Below, one piece after another: positions 23,940 through 62,509 of a DNA stretch of 64,000 bases. Below the pieces are notes generated by a model that was not told the DNA's origin, did no database searches, and saw only the letters and a list, made by a program, of their open reading frames with translations. Position numbers and translations under genes: made by a program. How positions within the stretch are numbered: the first letter of the stretch is position 1; each line of letters begins with the position of its first letter. The DNA is from Octopus sinensis (taxonomy: Eukaryota). The stretch lies in contig NC_043013.1 of assembly GCF_006345805.1 (NCBI RefSeq), positions 23,622,001 through 23,686,000 on the forward strand. Reading direction: 5' to 3'.

Positions 23940-25959
23940 TCCAAAGTACTGTTGCTGAATATCTCTTGTGGGATTTAAAAAGAGTAATTTTCTAATTTGT
24001 TTTTTAATAACTTCTATTCTCTTGATCTGTACTTTACAAATTTAATGTTACACACACATACACACACACAAAAGGGAAAATCTCTAAAAACTTAAAGAAG
24101 TAAATTAAAAGCATTTCAGGATATTCATCAGAATATAGATTTAATTTAAGAGTTTGTATTGCTTACTTAAATCTGAAACTAAGTTTATTATTTTGAGTCA
24201 AACATGTTTATTTAACATGTATATTTAATCAAAGACTAAGTGATTCATCAGAAGTTCCCTTAATGGCCCAGTCTTATTTTGTTCATTATTTATATTTTAA
24301 TAATTTATTTTGTGGACAAAATATTATTTATTAGTTTCTATTCAATTCAGTCTAAAGTGGAAGATGTTTTCTGTTATTATTTGATTCAGATAAATAGGGA
24401 AGAGCACAGCACCAATAATCGAATGGTGGCACCAATCTGATACAATATTCACAGACATCGTAACTCGGCAACGGTGGAACCTACAAATGGCCCAGGAAAC
24501 GGACCTAATCCTCAGGACTGTATTTATCACCACAAGGAAAGTGAATAACTGTTTAGTGAAGGAGTGAAACAGATAGACAACTCCAAAAGATTGGTTCAAG
24601 AGAATCTGGACAATGGTCATGTTCAGTGAATTAGTATGCATTTATGTGATGTGAAGATGTTGTTCCAGGAACATTGGTGCTTGTGCTTGGTTTATGACTA
24701 ATTAATAAAATATATTACAGAGATGTACTTGCATAGTAAGTGACCTGATCTGAGATCGTGTGCTGGAACAAAAACAATTGCAGCATGGAAGGTGCTTATG
24801 AGCCATTTAAGAACACACGAAAACCGTTAGATTCACTTCAACATTTAAATTTAATTTGTCAAAATATTTTCGTCACTTTGAGACCCCGACCTGTTCACTG
24901 ACAAAACTTTGTGCTGTTAATAAAATAGAGTTCTGTTGATTAAATATGAATCCCTTCATGCCGTTTATAGGGTCATGTCTTGTAGGATTTGAACCTCTTA
25001 TGAGAATAGAGTAACATTTTCTCATGTCGAGTTCTCTTGTGGTACATCAAATCATCAGAATTAAATTTCTGAGACAATTAACTAACAATAGATTTTAATT
25101 TACTTCTCTTTCAAGCCTCCTACTGTAAATCAATGGAATATTTCTTTGTTTCGTTATTAAATAGTTTTTAATTAGCAGCATGCTACTAATTATAAATTAG
25201 TTGCAAATTCAGAATCAGAATCTGTATTTCTTTATGTGTTGTCGAGAAAATAATCTGCAAAAAGCTGATATCAATCCTTAGTTCTTAATAATACTAGTCT
25301 TAAGTTTTAGTTCTTAGTTCCACACAAATCTTCAATCTTAGTTATACTGCTGTTCTTCCGAAAGGCACGACTGGTGCCTGCTCTCATTGCCCACCACCTT
25401 AATCTATGGCCTGCTGTCTGCATCAAAAATTCAATGACATTGCTGCAAATATAATTATTGGTTGCCTATAAAGAATTTTAATCAATCAACTTCAAGCATA
25501 TTATCACTCTTGATGGGATTTCAACTTTGAAGATACACAACTAAATACCACAAGGTACTCCTCTAATTCTGCCAGTCGCCTTTTATTGGAAAAAAAACAT
25601 AAATACGAACAGTTTACTCACAGTTCTGCTTAATTTTTTCTGAACTGCTGAAAGAGACCCCCCCCTCACCACCACACAGGTGTATATATATCTTACTATA
25701 ATGGGTGTTATGTCTGTTGCCTCTTCACGGTGAAACGGCTGGACCAATGGTCAGAATGTTTTTCGGGATTACGAAGGAGGTAATCAGGAAGGTTTTGAGT
25801 GAAAAGCAAATGTGAAAAAGTATGATTTTTTTTAGTGGATTTTGAAGGTAATTGTTCAGTTTACGGAGGTAAGAAAAAAAGTAAATACAAATATTGAAGG
25901 GGAGATAACTCATTTGAGTAGCGAAGGGAAGTAAGTCAACTTTGCTGAGTGATGCTATT

Positions 25960-26460
25960 TACGAAAGTTTTAGTTTAGGATAGCTTTATGAACGATTGTG
26001 ATGGCTTTGGCTCATTTGAAATCAGTGAACAATTACCGATATTGAGTTTGTGTTAATAAATCACCTTTGATTAAATCTGGATTCCCCCCGTATAGTTAGT
26101 GAATTTAGTGGGTTTAGATTTGCGATCCTATCCACGTTTTCTCCGATGACGGAATATCCCATATTTTGGGATATCCCAGAAACAGCTGTAAGACTGAATT
26201 TTTCCAATAATAATTACAAAACAAAATAGAGTAAGATGAAAGGGATTGAAAGAGAATAGTAGGGGCCAGTGCTATTCTTCTAGTTTGTAGGGGTTGGGGA
26301 GGAAATCTAGTCGCAAGTGTTTGTGTCCGTTTTATGGCGAAGGTCAGTGGCTGTAGAAATATTTTTAGCTCTGGGGTATGGGTGTGTAGGTAGTCATGAA
26401 TAGAGAAACCTGCTGAATGTTAAATTATTTAGGAATAAGAGTTACAACTAAATCTTAGAG
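25960..26460. mobile_element. Penelope-like remnant with a degenerate hammerhead motif at 26140-26193
   Basis: tct-CCGATGA-cggaATATCCC-atatttt-GGGATATccca-GAAA-CAGCTG-TA-aga. Confidence 0.5.
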
Positions 26461-26568
26461 GATTTAATAGGTTAATGTTAAAAAATAAATTAAAGTATCA
26501 ACAGATACCGCATATTAAAATAAATTTGTTTGAAATTTTAAGGTGTTTCCATTATTTTGTCCAACCCC

Positions 26569-26607
<39 letters not shown>

Positions 26608-26609
26608 GC

Positions 26610-27330
26610 AAAGGAAGGAACATTGGAACATTTTATTTCATCGACCACGAGGCTGACAGTGTGTCTTCTCAACAATTCGATTATTTCGTTTTGCGTTGCT
26701 GCTGAGGTGTAGGTCGCATGTTTTTACATCGTGCTTTGAGTCTTTCTCTAATGTGTACTGGAATAATTTCATAAAAAGACCGCATGGCTGCATGTCATCT
26801 TCCGAATAAAGATCCTGAAAAGCTTCATTTTCGTTTCCTCGAAAAGGCAAGTTGCTTGAACAAAGAAAATAAACAATATCAACAATGGAACTGATATAAT
26901 AACGGTTTTTGCTTAACTGATCATTTTGCAAGATTGAAGACATGGATATTGTGGATATTGTTGGCGGAATGCAGAGTTTGCGAACCTTTGCTTGCTTTTT
27001 TTCTTTTTGTTTTGCAAGATGCCAATTAGAATATCCATTTTTAGTAAAACAAGTATCAGCTTGAGCAAAAGTATTAAAGTGCCGACAAGCAAAACAAAAG
27101 AAGGCTTTCTTTGAAAGAGAATGCTCTAACCATGGACGACCAGTATACAGCTTAACGAGAAGTCACGTGTCTGATTTCCATAAATTTTTGGATCAAACTT
27201 TGCTAGAACTGGCTGCACTGATTGGCAGTCAACCTGTCCTAGATCATCCAATGAGGGTGTCAAAGACTTTGCAAGGCCTCACTTGAGCTGCGAAACTTCG
27301 TTTGCAATTCTCTTCTTAGCATTATTAGAT
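26610..27330 (-). mobile_element. hAT transposase remnant (ZMYM1-like, TTF-type zinc finger plus DUF4371 region), frameshifted
   Basis: PWLEHSLSKKAFFCFACRHF...FTKNGYSNW (about 27010-27140), then IVDIVYFLCSSNLPFRGNENE...GLFMKL (ORF 26638-26943). Confidence 0.8.
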
Positions 27331-27519
27331 AAATCAAATTGGAAATTCAGCAACGATTGCTTCAGTTCTCTTTTTCGGTAGTGATTCATTATTTTTGGGC
27401 ACTGATATTCACAATAATTAATTCTAAGGAACAGCCGGCTTTGTGTTGTGTTGCATTGTGTCTAATTATGCTTTTAAAGTTTGGGGTGGAACTGAAACTA
27501 ATTTTTAGGTTATTCCTAG

Positions 27520-27734
27520 TAAATAGTTTTCTGCTCAACTTTTTCTGTCATGATCACACGCTACACACCTTCCTTTCAAGCACTGCTCTAAATAGAAGAA
27601 GTGAGCTAGAATGTTAAAAATTAGTGTGCATGCACAGCAGAGTTCAAGGTCAATCTGTGCCAGGCAGCTTCACTCCGCATGCTTTAGCTTCGTTGCTACA
27701 GCAACAGTCCGGATACTTATTGATCAGACCACGT
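27520..27734 (-). mobile_element. Mariner 5' end fragment (TIR plus the first transposase codons MTEKVEQ)
   Basis: The minus strand starts tacgtggtctgatcaataagtatccggact..., a mariner-like TA-flanked terminus, and reaches atgacagaaaaagttgagcag. Confidence 0.6.
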
Positions 27735-28151
27735 ATGTGTGTGTGTGTGTGTAAAACAAAGTAAAATCGGAAGGTACCGCACGAGTGAAAATTTATAGGG
27801 AAGAGGATCTGAAAATGCAGAGGCCTTTTAAAGATATTTATTAACTTGACCAGTTTCACTTTTTTAAAGATCGGGACGATTGTACAATAGCAACCACAGG
27901 CAAAGGTTCTTGAAACATTTTGAAAGTTTTCCGCTTCTCGAAGAACACAATTCATAAAAGTCACCTTTAGCCAGTTCCAACCAGCTCTCCAACCAGTTCC
28001 AACCAGCTCCAGCCAGCTCCAGCCACCTCTAGGCAGCCTTGCTGAGTAATTATCTTCGACGATGATAAGCTTAGACTGAGTTATTTGCCCTTAGATCACA
28101 GTATCACAATAATAGTATCCTTACAATCTGAAGAAGTAGAAAAAAATCGAT

Positions 28152-54103
<25,952 letters not shown>

Positions 54104-54597
54104 CCGGGTATCTAATAAATATAAAGGCATTTCATTATATTAGTTTCAAATGTTGGCACAGGATGAACAATTTCGGGGAGTGGAGTAAATCGATTGTATC
54201 TACCACCGAGTTCAGTTGGTACTCATTTTATCAATGTCGAAAGGGACGAAAGGCAAAGTGAACCTTGGTGGAAATTGAACTCAGAATGGAAAGACGGACG
54301 AAATGCCGCTAAGCATTTGGTCCGGCATGCTAACAATTCTGCAGCTTGCCGTTCTGTCGAGGAATTTTGGGGTAGGATATTGCGTTTTTCTTTTATGCAA
54401 ACTATCAAATTTAGCCTAAACACTGTGTATGCGTATTTATTTATTTATTTGTTTGTTTGTTTATTTATATTTCCTCTCGGCTACAACCTTGGAGCCTTAG
54501 TAATCCGTTACAGCACTTACCTAGTATACCTAATCGTTTTGATCACCTGTGAACTAACCCCCCATACTTTGTTTTAACACACACACTGATATATATG

Positions 54598-54645
<48 letters not shown>

Positions 54646-54649
54646 CTAT

Positions 54650-54700
<51 letters not shown>

Positions 54701-54779
54701 TATATATATATGTATGTATGTATGGTATGATATGTATTATATATATTATATATATATATATAATTATATATAATATAGA

Positions 54780-54812
<33 letters not shown>

Positions 54813-54830
54813 ATATATTATATATATAAT

Positions 54831-54873
<43 letters not shown>

Positions 54874-55559
54874 TGTATGTATGTATGTATTATATATATA
54901 TATTATATATATATATATATACACGCTGTTCAGGCCTGTAAAAGTAACCATAACGAATATAAATGGTTGGTTATTGTTCTGGACATTTTCATAAGTATCC
55001 CATAGTCCTGCCCGCATTCGGATAATTATGTATGTATGCATGTACGTGTGTTCGTATGTATGTATGCATGTATAACGAACAGCTTCCTAGAATTTAAAAC
55101 AGGATTCGAAACCGAATCTACATTTTTCTACAAGTTATGTTCCAGGTATTTTCACCTTTAGCTCTTAGAAATTTACAAGAGTCAATAGTCACAGTTGATT
55201 AAATTCTATTGTTTAAGTTAGCATTCTTAGGTGAAATAGAGTTCAGACAGTTAAGAAACGGAAAATTCTTTGTCTCGCCTGACAGTAATTTAGTTAGAAA
55301 AAATATAAATACGGAACCCCAAATCAGTTCTGTCACTTGGCACGTAGTCGAAGAGCATTTCTCTCCCTTCACTTACGGATAGTCATCGCACGACAATAAA
55401 ACCTTCTCTCCATCTATTTGTCAGCCCAGAGAGGTAGACTCTCTTACGCTTTCTCTTTTCCTTTTCCCACCAATCTTCCAGTTGGCAACAAAAGATGAAT
55501 TAAACTACGGAATGGACCACAAACCGCTAAATTATCATCGTATAACTACAATATAGCAA

Positions 55560-56090
55560 GAATTGTCCAACGGACACTTTGCAACATGTTCGACTTAACA
55601 GAACAAATAAGTGGTACGAACGTAAATCCGAAGGCATTATCGAAAATGATAATGCAAAGATTCTATGGAATTTTATGATTCAGTGCGATTAGGAAGCCAG
55701 ACATAGTGTTAATTGAGAAAGAAAACAAACTATGCTGGATTATAGGTATAGCATGCCCAGCTGACAACAAGGTATGTGACAAAGAAGAAAGAAAAGTCGA
55801 TAGATGTGAGAGGTTAGCTTGGGAGATTAAGTAGTTGTGGTCACTGAAAAAGGTGGCAGTAGTACCCATAACTGTCGAAGCCCTGGGAACAATGAGTAAA
55901 AATCTTGAGAAGTACATGGAATAAATAGGGGCTGCAATAAGGGTGGAGCACTTGCAGAAAACAACACTGCTTGGAAACGCTCGAATACTCTGGATGGTGC
56001 TAAAAAAATAAGAGGTGCTACCTTAGTTCACTGGTAGTGAACAGCTGACACCGTAGTACATCTCAGCGTTAGAAGCTGTGCAAAGACAAT
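55560..56090 (+). mobile_element. R4/Dong-clade RLE LINE 3' fragment A
   Basis: KWYE...IIENDNAKILW.FMIQCD...KPDIVLIEKENK...PADNK...KVAVVPI..ALG, a PD-(D/E)xK-type RLE C-terminus. Confidence 0.8.
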
Positions 56091-56111
56091 AAAATAGTAG
56101 TAGTAGTAGTA

Positions 56112-56176
<65 letters not shown>

Positions 56177-56184
56177 AAGAAGAA

Positions 56185-56842
56185 AGCAAGACATGACAGA
56201 GTCGGCCAGTATTTACACTGGACAATATGTCGGCATTATAAAATCAAAACCGCTGACAAATGGTATAAACACCATCCTGAAGAAAATGTGTCGATTCTCT
56301 GGGACTTCCCCGTACATGCTGACAAAACTATAAAAGCTAATAAACCGGATATTATAAAATATCAGACAAAAAAAGGTGTGTTTATTAAATGGCATGAGTA
56401 TTCCTTGCAATCACAATATAGCGGCGAAAGAATTTGACAAGATCAGTAAATATAAAGACTTGCTAATAGAAACTGAAAAAAATGTGGCATCTCAAGGCGA
56501 CTACAGTACCAGTGATTGTAGGATCTCTAGGAATGATAAAAAAAGGTACTGAAACCTATTTGAAAATGATACATCCCTACACGAACTGCAACAAATCGTG
56601 CTAACAGGAACGACTCATGGACTGAGAAGAGCATTATCGCTGTGAAAACAACATCCATTCATGAATTCATATATTTATTCATTTTTTAAATAGATATTTT
56701 ACCTGTGAATTTGCGTGTGCAATCTGGGAATGCATGCAATGGGCTTCTCTGTCCTAGGTGTACGGAATACACTCGGCGAGAAATGGAAGAAAATTTGAAG
56801 AAAGAAGGGGAAAAAAATAAATGAAAAAAATAATAATAATAA
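56185..56842 (+). mobile_element. R4/Dong-clade RLE LINE 3' fragment B
   Basis: RHDRVGQYLHWTICRHY...KWYKHHP...LWDFPVHADKTIKANKPDII...KEFDKISKYKDLLIE...VPVIVGSLG; (TAA)n tail. Confidence 0.8.
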
Positions 56843-57439
56843 TAAATGCCTTGATGCAGTGCCAGGCACTGGTTCACGTGACTTTTGATCTAAACTGATT
56901 GGAAGTATTATCATGTACATGTTTTGTTCTGATATAAAAGATGGGCAAATATTCTCTCAATACCACAAATTTGCTTGTCAGTTGTTTGACCTTAACCAGT
57001 TGAGCATATCCCCTAGTGGCTGGTGAAATGTGCATCTCTGATCACTAGCCAGAGTAGTGAGGGAACATCATAGCCATGTGATGAGGGGAATTCTTTGGAG
57101 TTTGAATAATTTACCACTGGAAACATGGGTGTTTCATTCATCATCCTAAAACGACCCTTACTCAGGGACCTTTTGAGTGGGATGAGCTACTCGGCCAGAA
57201 GAAAACTCTAACTGGGCCCCACCTGCAAGGTCATGTGCTGTTTATTTTGATATGAGATCACCATGTCGCGTACATATGGTTGTGTTGCATGTGCCTAGTG
57301 TACCCTTATCAGACGGGTAGTGATGATGGGTATACTGGGCTTTGTATATTTTACCCCAGTATCACTTTGATGGCATGCACTGCTCTCTCATTCAATAATG
57401 ATAATAATATGACAATAGCAATAATGATAGTAATAATAA

Positions 57440-58030
57440 TAGAGGCACGACCAGGTTGTAAAAGTTTTACAGAAAAGTTTTCAAATCCCCAGGAATGGGG
57501 GTTTGAAGCTGGAAACACATAATACAATAACCGTGTCGAAAGAGTACTAGAGGCGGAGAAACGTAAGATTTCGTGCGACTTCCCTATTCAAACGGACAAG
57601 TTAGAAAATAATAGACCGGACATAACAATTATAGATAAGGAAAAGCGAAGTTGCTTACTTATCGACCCACCATGCCTCTTTGAATTCAGAATCACAAAGA
57701 AAGAGGAAGAAAAACAAAAACAATACAATCCCTTAAAATTCGAAATAGAAAGAATTTGGAGCATGAAAACAGTAAGGGTTGTACCTACAATAATTGGTGT
57801 GTTGGGAAGAGTAAGGAAAGATATAGACAAATGGCTGAAGGAGATTGGAATAGGCTACTTGGTAGAGCTCCTGCCGAAAGTTCGTCTCTTAGGAACAACA
57901 AGGATTATCAGGAGAGTTCTAAGCACTTGAAAGGGAGCTGAAAACTTGTGGATACCTAAGGTTACAGGTAGTAATTCGCTACCCATATAAATCCTACAAG
58001 GAATAAGACCGAACCTGAACCGAAACATGA
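57440..58030 (+). mobile_element. R4/Dong-clade RLE LINE 3' fragment C
   Basis: DFPIQTDKLENNRPDITIIDKEKRSCLLIDP...KYNPLKFEIERIW...VVPTIIGVLG. Confidence 0.75.
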
Positions 58031-58627
58031 TGATGATGATGACAATATATTTATATATGTGTATGTATATGCATATGTATATAACAGTTAAATATAATAC
58101 TCACAGTATGTTCATTAAAAGTCGATAAGACTACTTTTTGATGAATTCACCAATTTGCTTAGTTGTCTTCACTGGAAGAGATCAAAAGAGAAAGAAAAAA
58201 TACCCATCTATCTAGTTCATTGCCATGACAACGGATGGTTTCAGTGAAGCGTAGAGAAAATCGACAAATAAGACTTATATCAGGATATACATGACATGTC
58301 CGAACTCGTTGTTCTATTGTTATTCATTCACAAGGTCACCCATGATTGAACGGCCCTGTAATTGAAGGCGTTCCGACCATGCCTACTTCACTAATTATCT
58401 AAGAGCACATTATCTCAAATGTGTGTGTGTGTGTGTGTGCATTTGTTTATGCAGAGAGATTTTTTGTTTGGGTGAAAGACTGCTTTGGAGTTTCAAAGTG
58501 GTGGGAAGGGAGGTTGTCCGAAAATGAGTGGTGGGGAAGAAGGGGTACCGGCTAATATTCATGGGGTCTCCACCATAGCTCCATGGGATTCCGATCTATC
58601 ACGCCCTAATCATTATATTGCAAGCCT

Positions 58628-58683
<56 letters not shown>

Positions 58684-58903
58684 TGTATGTATGTATTTAT
58701 GTATGTATATATGTATGTCTGTCTGTCTGTATGTATGTATGTATGTATGTGTGTGTGTATATATATATGCATGTATATATATACACCTATATATGCACAC
58801 ATATATACATAAATATATATCTATTCATGTATATATTTATGTATATAAACACGCACACACACATATAAATACATAATGTAATAAACTATATGCGTATATG
58901 TGT

Positions 58904-58985
<82 letters not shown>

Positions 58986-59004
58986 TATATACATACATAC
59001 ATAC

Positions 59005-59070
<66 letters not shown>

Positions 59071-59084
59071 ATATATATATATAG

Positions 59085-59129
<45 letters not shown>

Positions 59130-59314
59130 CTTTTAAATTTGTTCACGGGAAGCGTTTTGAATATGCAAATAGACCTCCTACTCCATTATGCCGGCTACAG
59201 TGTAATGATGCTGGTGAACCAGTTTCTTGGGTGGCACCAAGCTGTACCTAATATAATAATTCTTGGATGGAATTTATAAACATTTAATGCGTCGCTACAC
59301 AGGTTTCCACAAAT

Positions 59315-59910
59315 CACATAACTCTTAAGATCACAGTCCATATTCTTGGGAGGATTACAGTGTGGTCCATAGTATCCATGGACACCGGCCAGATTATCTT
59401 CATGGATCCATTTCTTCAGGCGATTATAACATTAATGGATGTTTACTAGAGGGATGTTTATCACTTTTGACCAGCAACAAGATTATTTCTGTATTTCTGT
59501 ATGAATTTGATGGGAGGAAGGAGAATGTAATGGAAAGCGAGGAAGGGGGTGTACATGGTGATGTTGGACTTATTTTGCTATTCAGTCTGCAGATGTCAAG
59601 GATGGGTAACACATTGCTTTGTTCCATCTCATCCAAGGCATGACTATCTTTAAGGAATTCTAAAGCCAAAATGGTCAGCAGCTACAGCCACCACAGCCAT
59701 CAACTGTAGGAGTCCATTGTCTGAATTTATGAATGATACTTTCTTAGAGTGGCCTTTTAATTGTTTCTGGTGGTATAATGGTATGGTGTATAGCATCCTA
59801 AAATTTGGTTGGCTTGTTTCCATGAAGACGGTCTCCCTGATGCCCATGGATACTACGGACAACGCTGTAATCATTCCAGGAATACGGACTGTGATCTTAA
59901 GAGACATGTG
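59315..59910. mobile_element. Unclassified element with about 92-bp imperfect terminal inverted repeats
   Basis: cacataactcttaagatcacagtccatattc...cttcatgga mirrors tccatgaag...gaatacggactgtgatcttaagagacatgtg. Confidence 0.65.
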
Positions 59911-59939
59911 TATGTGTATATATATATATATATTTTTTT

Positions 59940-60635
59940 TTTTCTAGTTTCAGCTCAGAGATGCGGCCATGCTGATGCACCGCCGTTTTGTGCTACGCTG
60001 TTATTGCGACGAACCTCGTCTAACATGTGGCACTTGGTGAAGAATGGAGTTTGATATAGCTACTCTCATTTGCACCTCTTGCCGTGAGGTAGGTTCATCT
60101 GGGACTCTTGACAGGAAGATGTCCAGCTTTGATTTAAAAACCGCTACATCTACTTTGTGCAAGTTCCTCAGACTCTTTGGGAGAATATTAAAAAGCTGTG
60201 GGCCCTTGAAACCCAGGCTGTTGCAGAAGCTGGTCCTGAAGCGTGATGGCATTGCTGGGATCTTTGGCACTATGCAGTGTCGTCCCGTTCTAGCATTGGT
60301 GTAGCTTACAATGCCAAAACTTGGCACAATTCGTTCCAGGATCTTCCAGACATATATTACTGCATACCTCTCCCGTCTTCTCTCCAGGGAGTAGAGTCTT
60401 AGCTGTTTCAACCTTTCCCAGTAGCTGAGCTGTTGCAAAGAGACGACCTTCTTTGTGAATCTTCTCTGGATTGCTTCAAGGTCCGCTGTTAATTTTACAC
60501 TGGTGGGTGACCATAGCTGTGAGCAGTAATCCAGGCGACTGAGGACGAATGTCCGCCAGAGGACCATCATGGTTTCCTTATCTCTGGTTCTGAATGTTCT
60601 TAGGATCCACCCAGCCAGTCGTCTGCACTTTGTCG
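59940..60635 (-). mobile_element. CR1-like LINE 3' fragment
   Basis: ATKCRRLAGWILRTFRTRDKETMMVLWRTFVLSRLDYCSQLWSP...YSLERRRERYAVIY...LSRVPDEPTSRQ. Confidence 0.9.
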
Positions 60636-60821
60636 CCATATATATATTTACCTTCGAAACACGCATTGAGTCGAACCAGGGGCAGCTGATGAAGGGGAAT
60701 ATTCCTTGTATTGTTTGTCTTGTACTCTGTTTTTTCGTTGTTATAGAAAGTCCGTTTCCTTTTTGTTTTTATGTTTTCGTTTCTCGTTGTGTTCTACGTT
60801 TTTTTGTGGTGTCTTGTACTC

Positions 60822-60886
<65 letters not shown>

Positions 60887-61022
60887 ATATGCATGTATAT
60901 AACATATAGATGTAGGTATGTACATATATGTATGTATGCATATGTTTTATTTGTTAAATTGTTATTATATGATTGAACGCCTCGCGTCACTTTCTTATTT
61001 CTCCAAGTAAGTTTTTATTATT

Positions 61023-61089
<67 letters not shown>

Positions 61090-61092
<3 letters not shown>

Positions 61093-62450
61093 AGAATAGT
61101 CAGAAGGAAACTAATCACCTTCCTTGAAGAAAATGACTTGCTGCCCGACACCCAACATGGTTTCCGACCAGGAAGAAGCTGCTTAACTCAGCTCCTACAA
61201 CACTATGACTGGGTGCTGAAACAACTGCTCAACCACTCAAATGTGGAAGTCATATATCTCGACTTTGCAAACTGCGTGATCTTGGCATAGTTGGAAAATT
61301 GGGAGAATGGCTTCATGACTTTCTGAAGAATAGAAGTCAGGTGGTAGAACACTTCCATTAAAACGCAAATAGTGAGCGGTGTTCCGCAGGGCACTGTTTT
61401 GGGACCACTACTGTTCATAATGGCCCTCTCTGACATGCCCTCAGCCACGCAGAGAGCCACGATCACAAGTTATGCAGACGATACAAAAGTTTCACAGGCA
61501 ATACAGAACCCTGAAGACACTAAGCACCTGCAATGTGAGCAGGACGAAATATACAAGTGGGCTGAAAAGAATAGCATGCAGTTCAATGCTGAAAAGTTTC
61601 AAGCTTTATACTATCAGCATGCAAAACTGAATGCAATACCCAATGAATACACTGGACCCGGAGGGATTGCAATCCCAGAGGCACAATCAGTGCGTGACCT
61701 GGGTATTCACATGAGTGATGACGCGACCTTTCATGTACATGTTGCTAAACTGGCAATGAAATGTAGACGGATGGCTAGATGGATTCTTAGAACCTTTAGA
61801 ACAAGAGAACAAGAAACCATGATGGTCCTCTGGAAGACACTTGTCCTAAGCCACTTTGACTATTGCTCTCAGCTATGGTCACCATCCAGTGTCAAGTTGA
61901 TCACAGAACTTGAGGCGATCCAACGAAGCTACACGAAGAAGATAGCCTCTGTGCAGCATATGAGCTACTGGGAAAGACTCAAGAGATTAAAGCTCTATTC
62001 CCTGGAGCGTAGGCGAGAAAGATATGCCATAATATATATCTGGAAGATCCTGGAAGGACTTGTCCCAGACTTTGGCATCGAGAATCACACAAATGCCAGA
62101 ACCGGACGCCACTGCGTGGTACCAAGGACTCCAAATTTGCCATCAAGATGTAGGACAAGATATACTGATAGCCTGGGCTTCAGAGGCCCACAGCTCTTCA
62201 ATATCCTCCCGAAGAACCTGAGGGACCTGCATGGTGTAGACGCGGATGTCTTTAAAGTAGGACTGGATCTCTTCCTGTCAGGTGTCCCGGATGAACCAAC
62301 TTCACGGCAGGAGGTGCAGATGAGGGCAGCTGCATCGAACTCTCTCATGCATCAGATGGCGTTTGCTAAAAAGCATCCGTGAGGTAAAATCGTGTAGCAA
62401 ACCAAATGGCGGTGCCCCAGCATGGCCGCAGCTCATTAGCTGAAACTAGA
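61090..62450 (+). mobile_element. CR1-like LINE fragment with internal deletion and an intact 336-aa RT C-terminal ORF (61372-62382)
   Basis: QHGFRPGRSCLTQLL...IYLDFA, then SGVPQGTVLGPLLF...SYADDTK...YSLERRRERY. Confidence 0.92.
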
Positions 62451-62478
62451 AAAATCAAATCAATCAAAATCAAAATCA

Positions 62479-62509
<31 letters not shown>

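Noticed and set aside
24342-24641. GC-richer island with short open frames on both strands
   Set aside because: No recognisable homology, stops in each plus frame, and no paired splice sites
56703-56753. Phase-compatible 51-nt candidate exon with GTAAAA donor
   Set aside because: Lies in the 3' UTR of a Dong-like LINE in antisense, with a weak acceptor
60650-60710. GAAA...GTC...CTGATGA arrangement resembling a type II hammerhead
   Set aside because: Stem I cannot form, stem III is only 2 bp and 10.1-11.1 is unpaired; probably a Penelope-like terminal fragment
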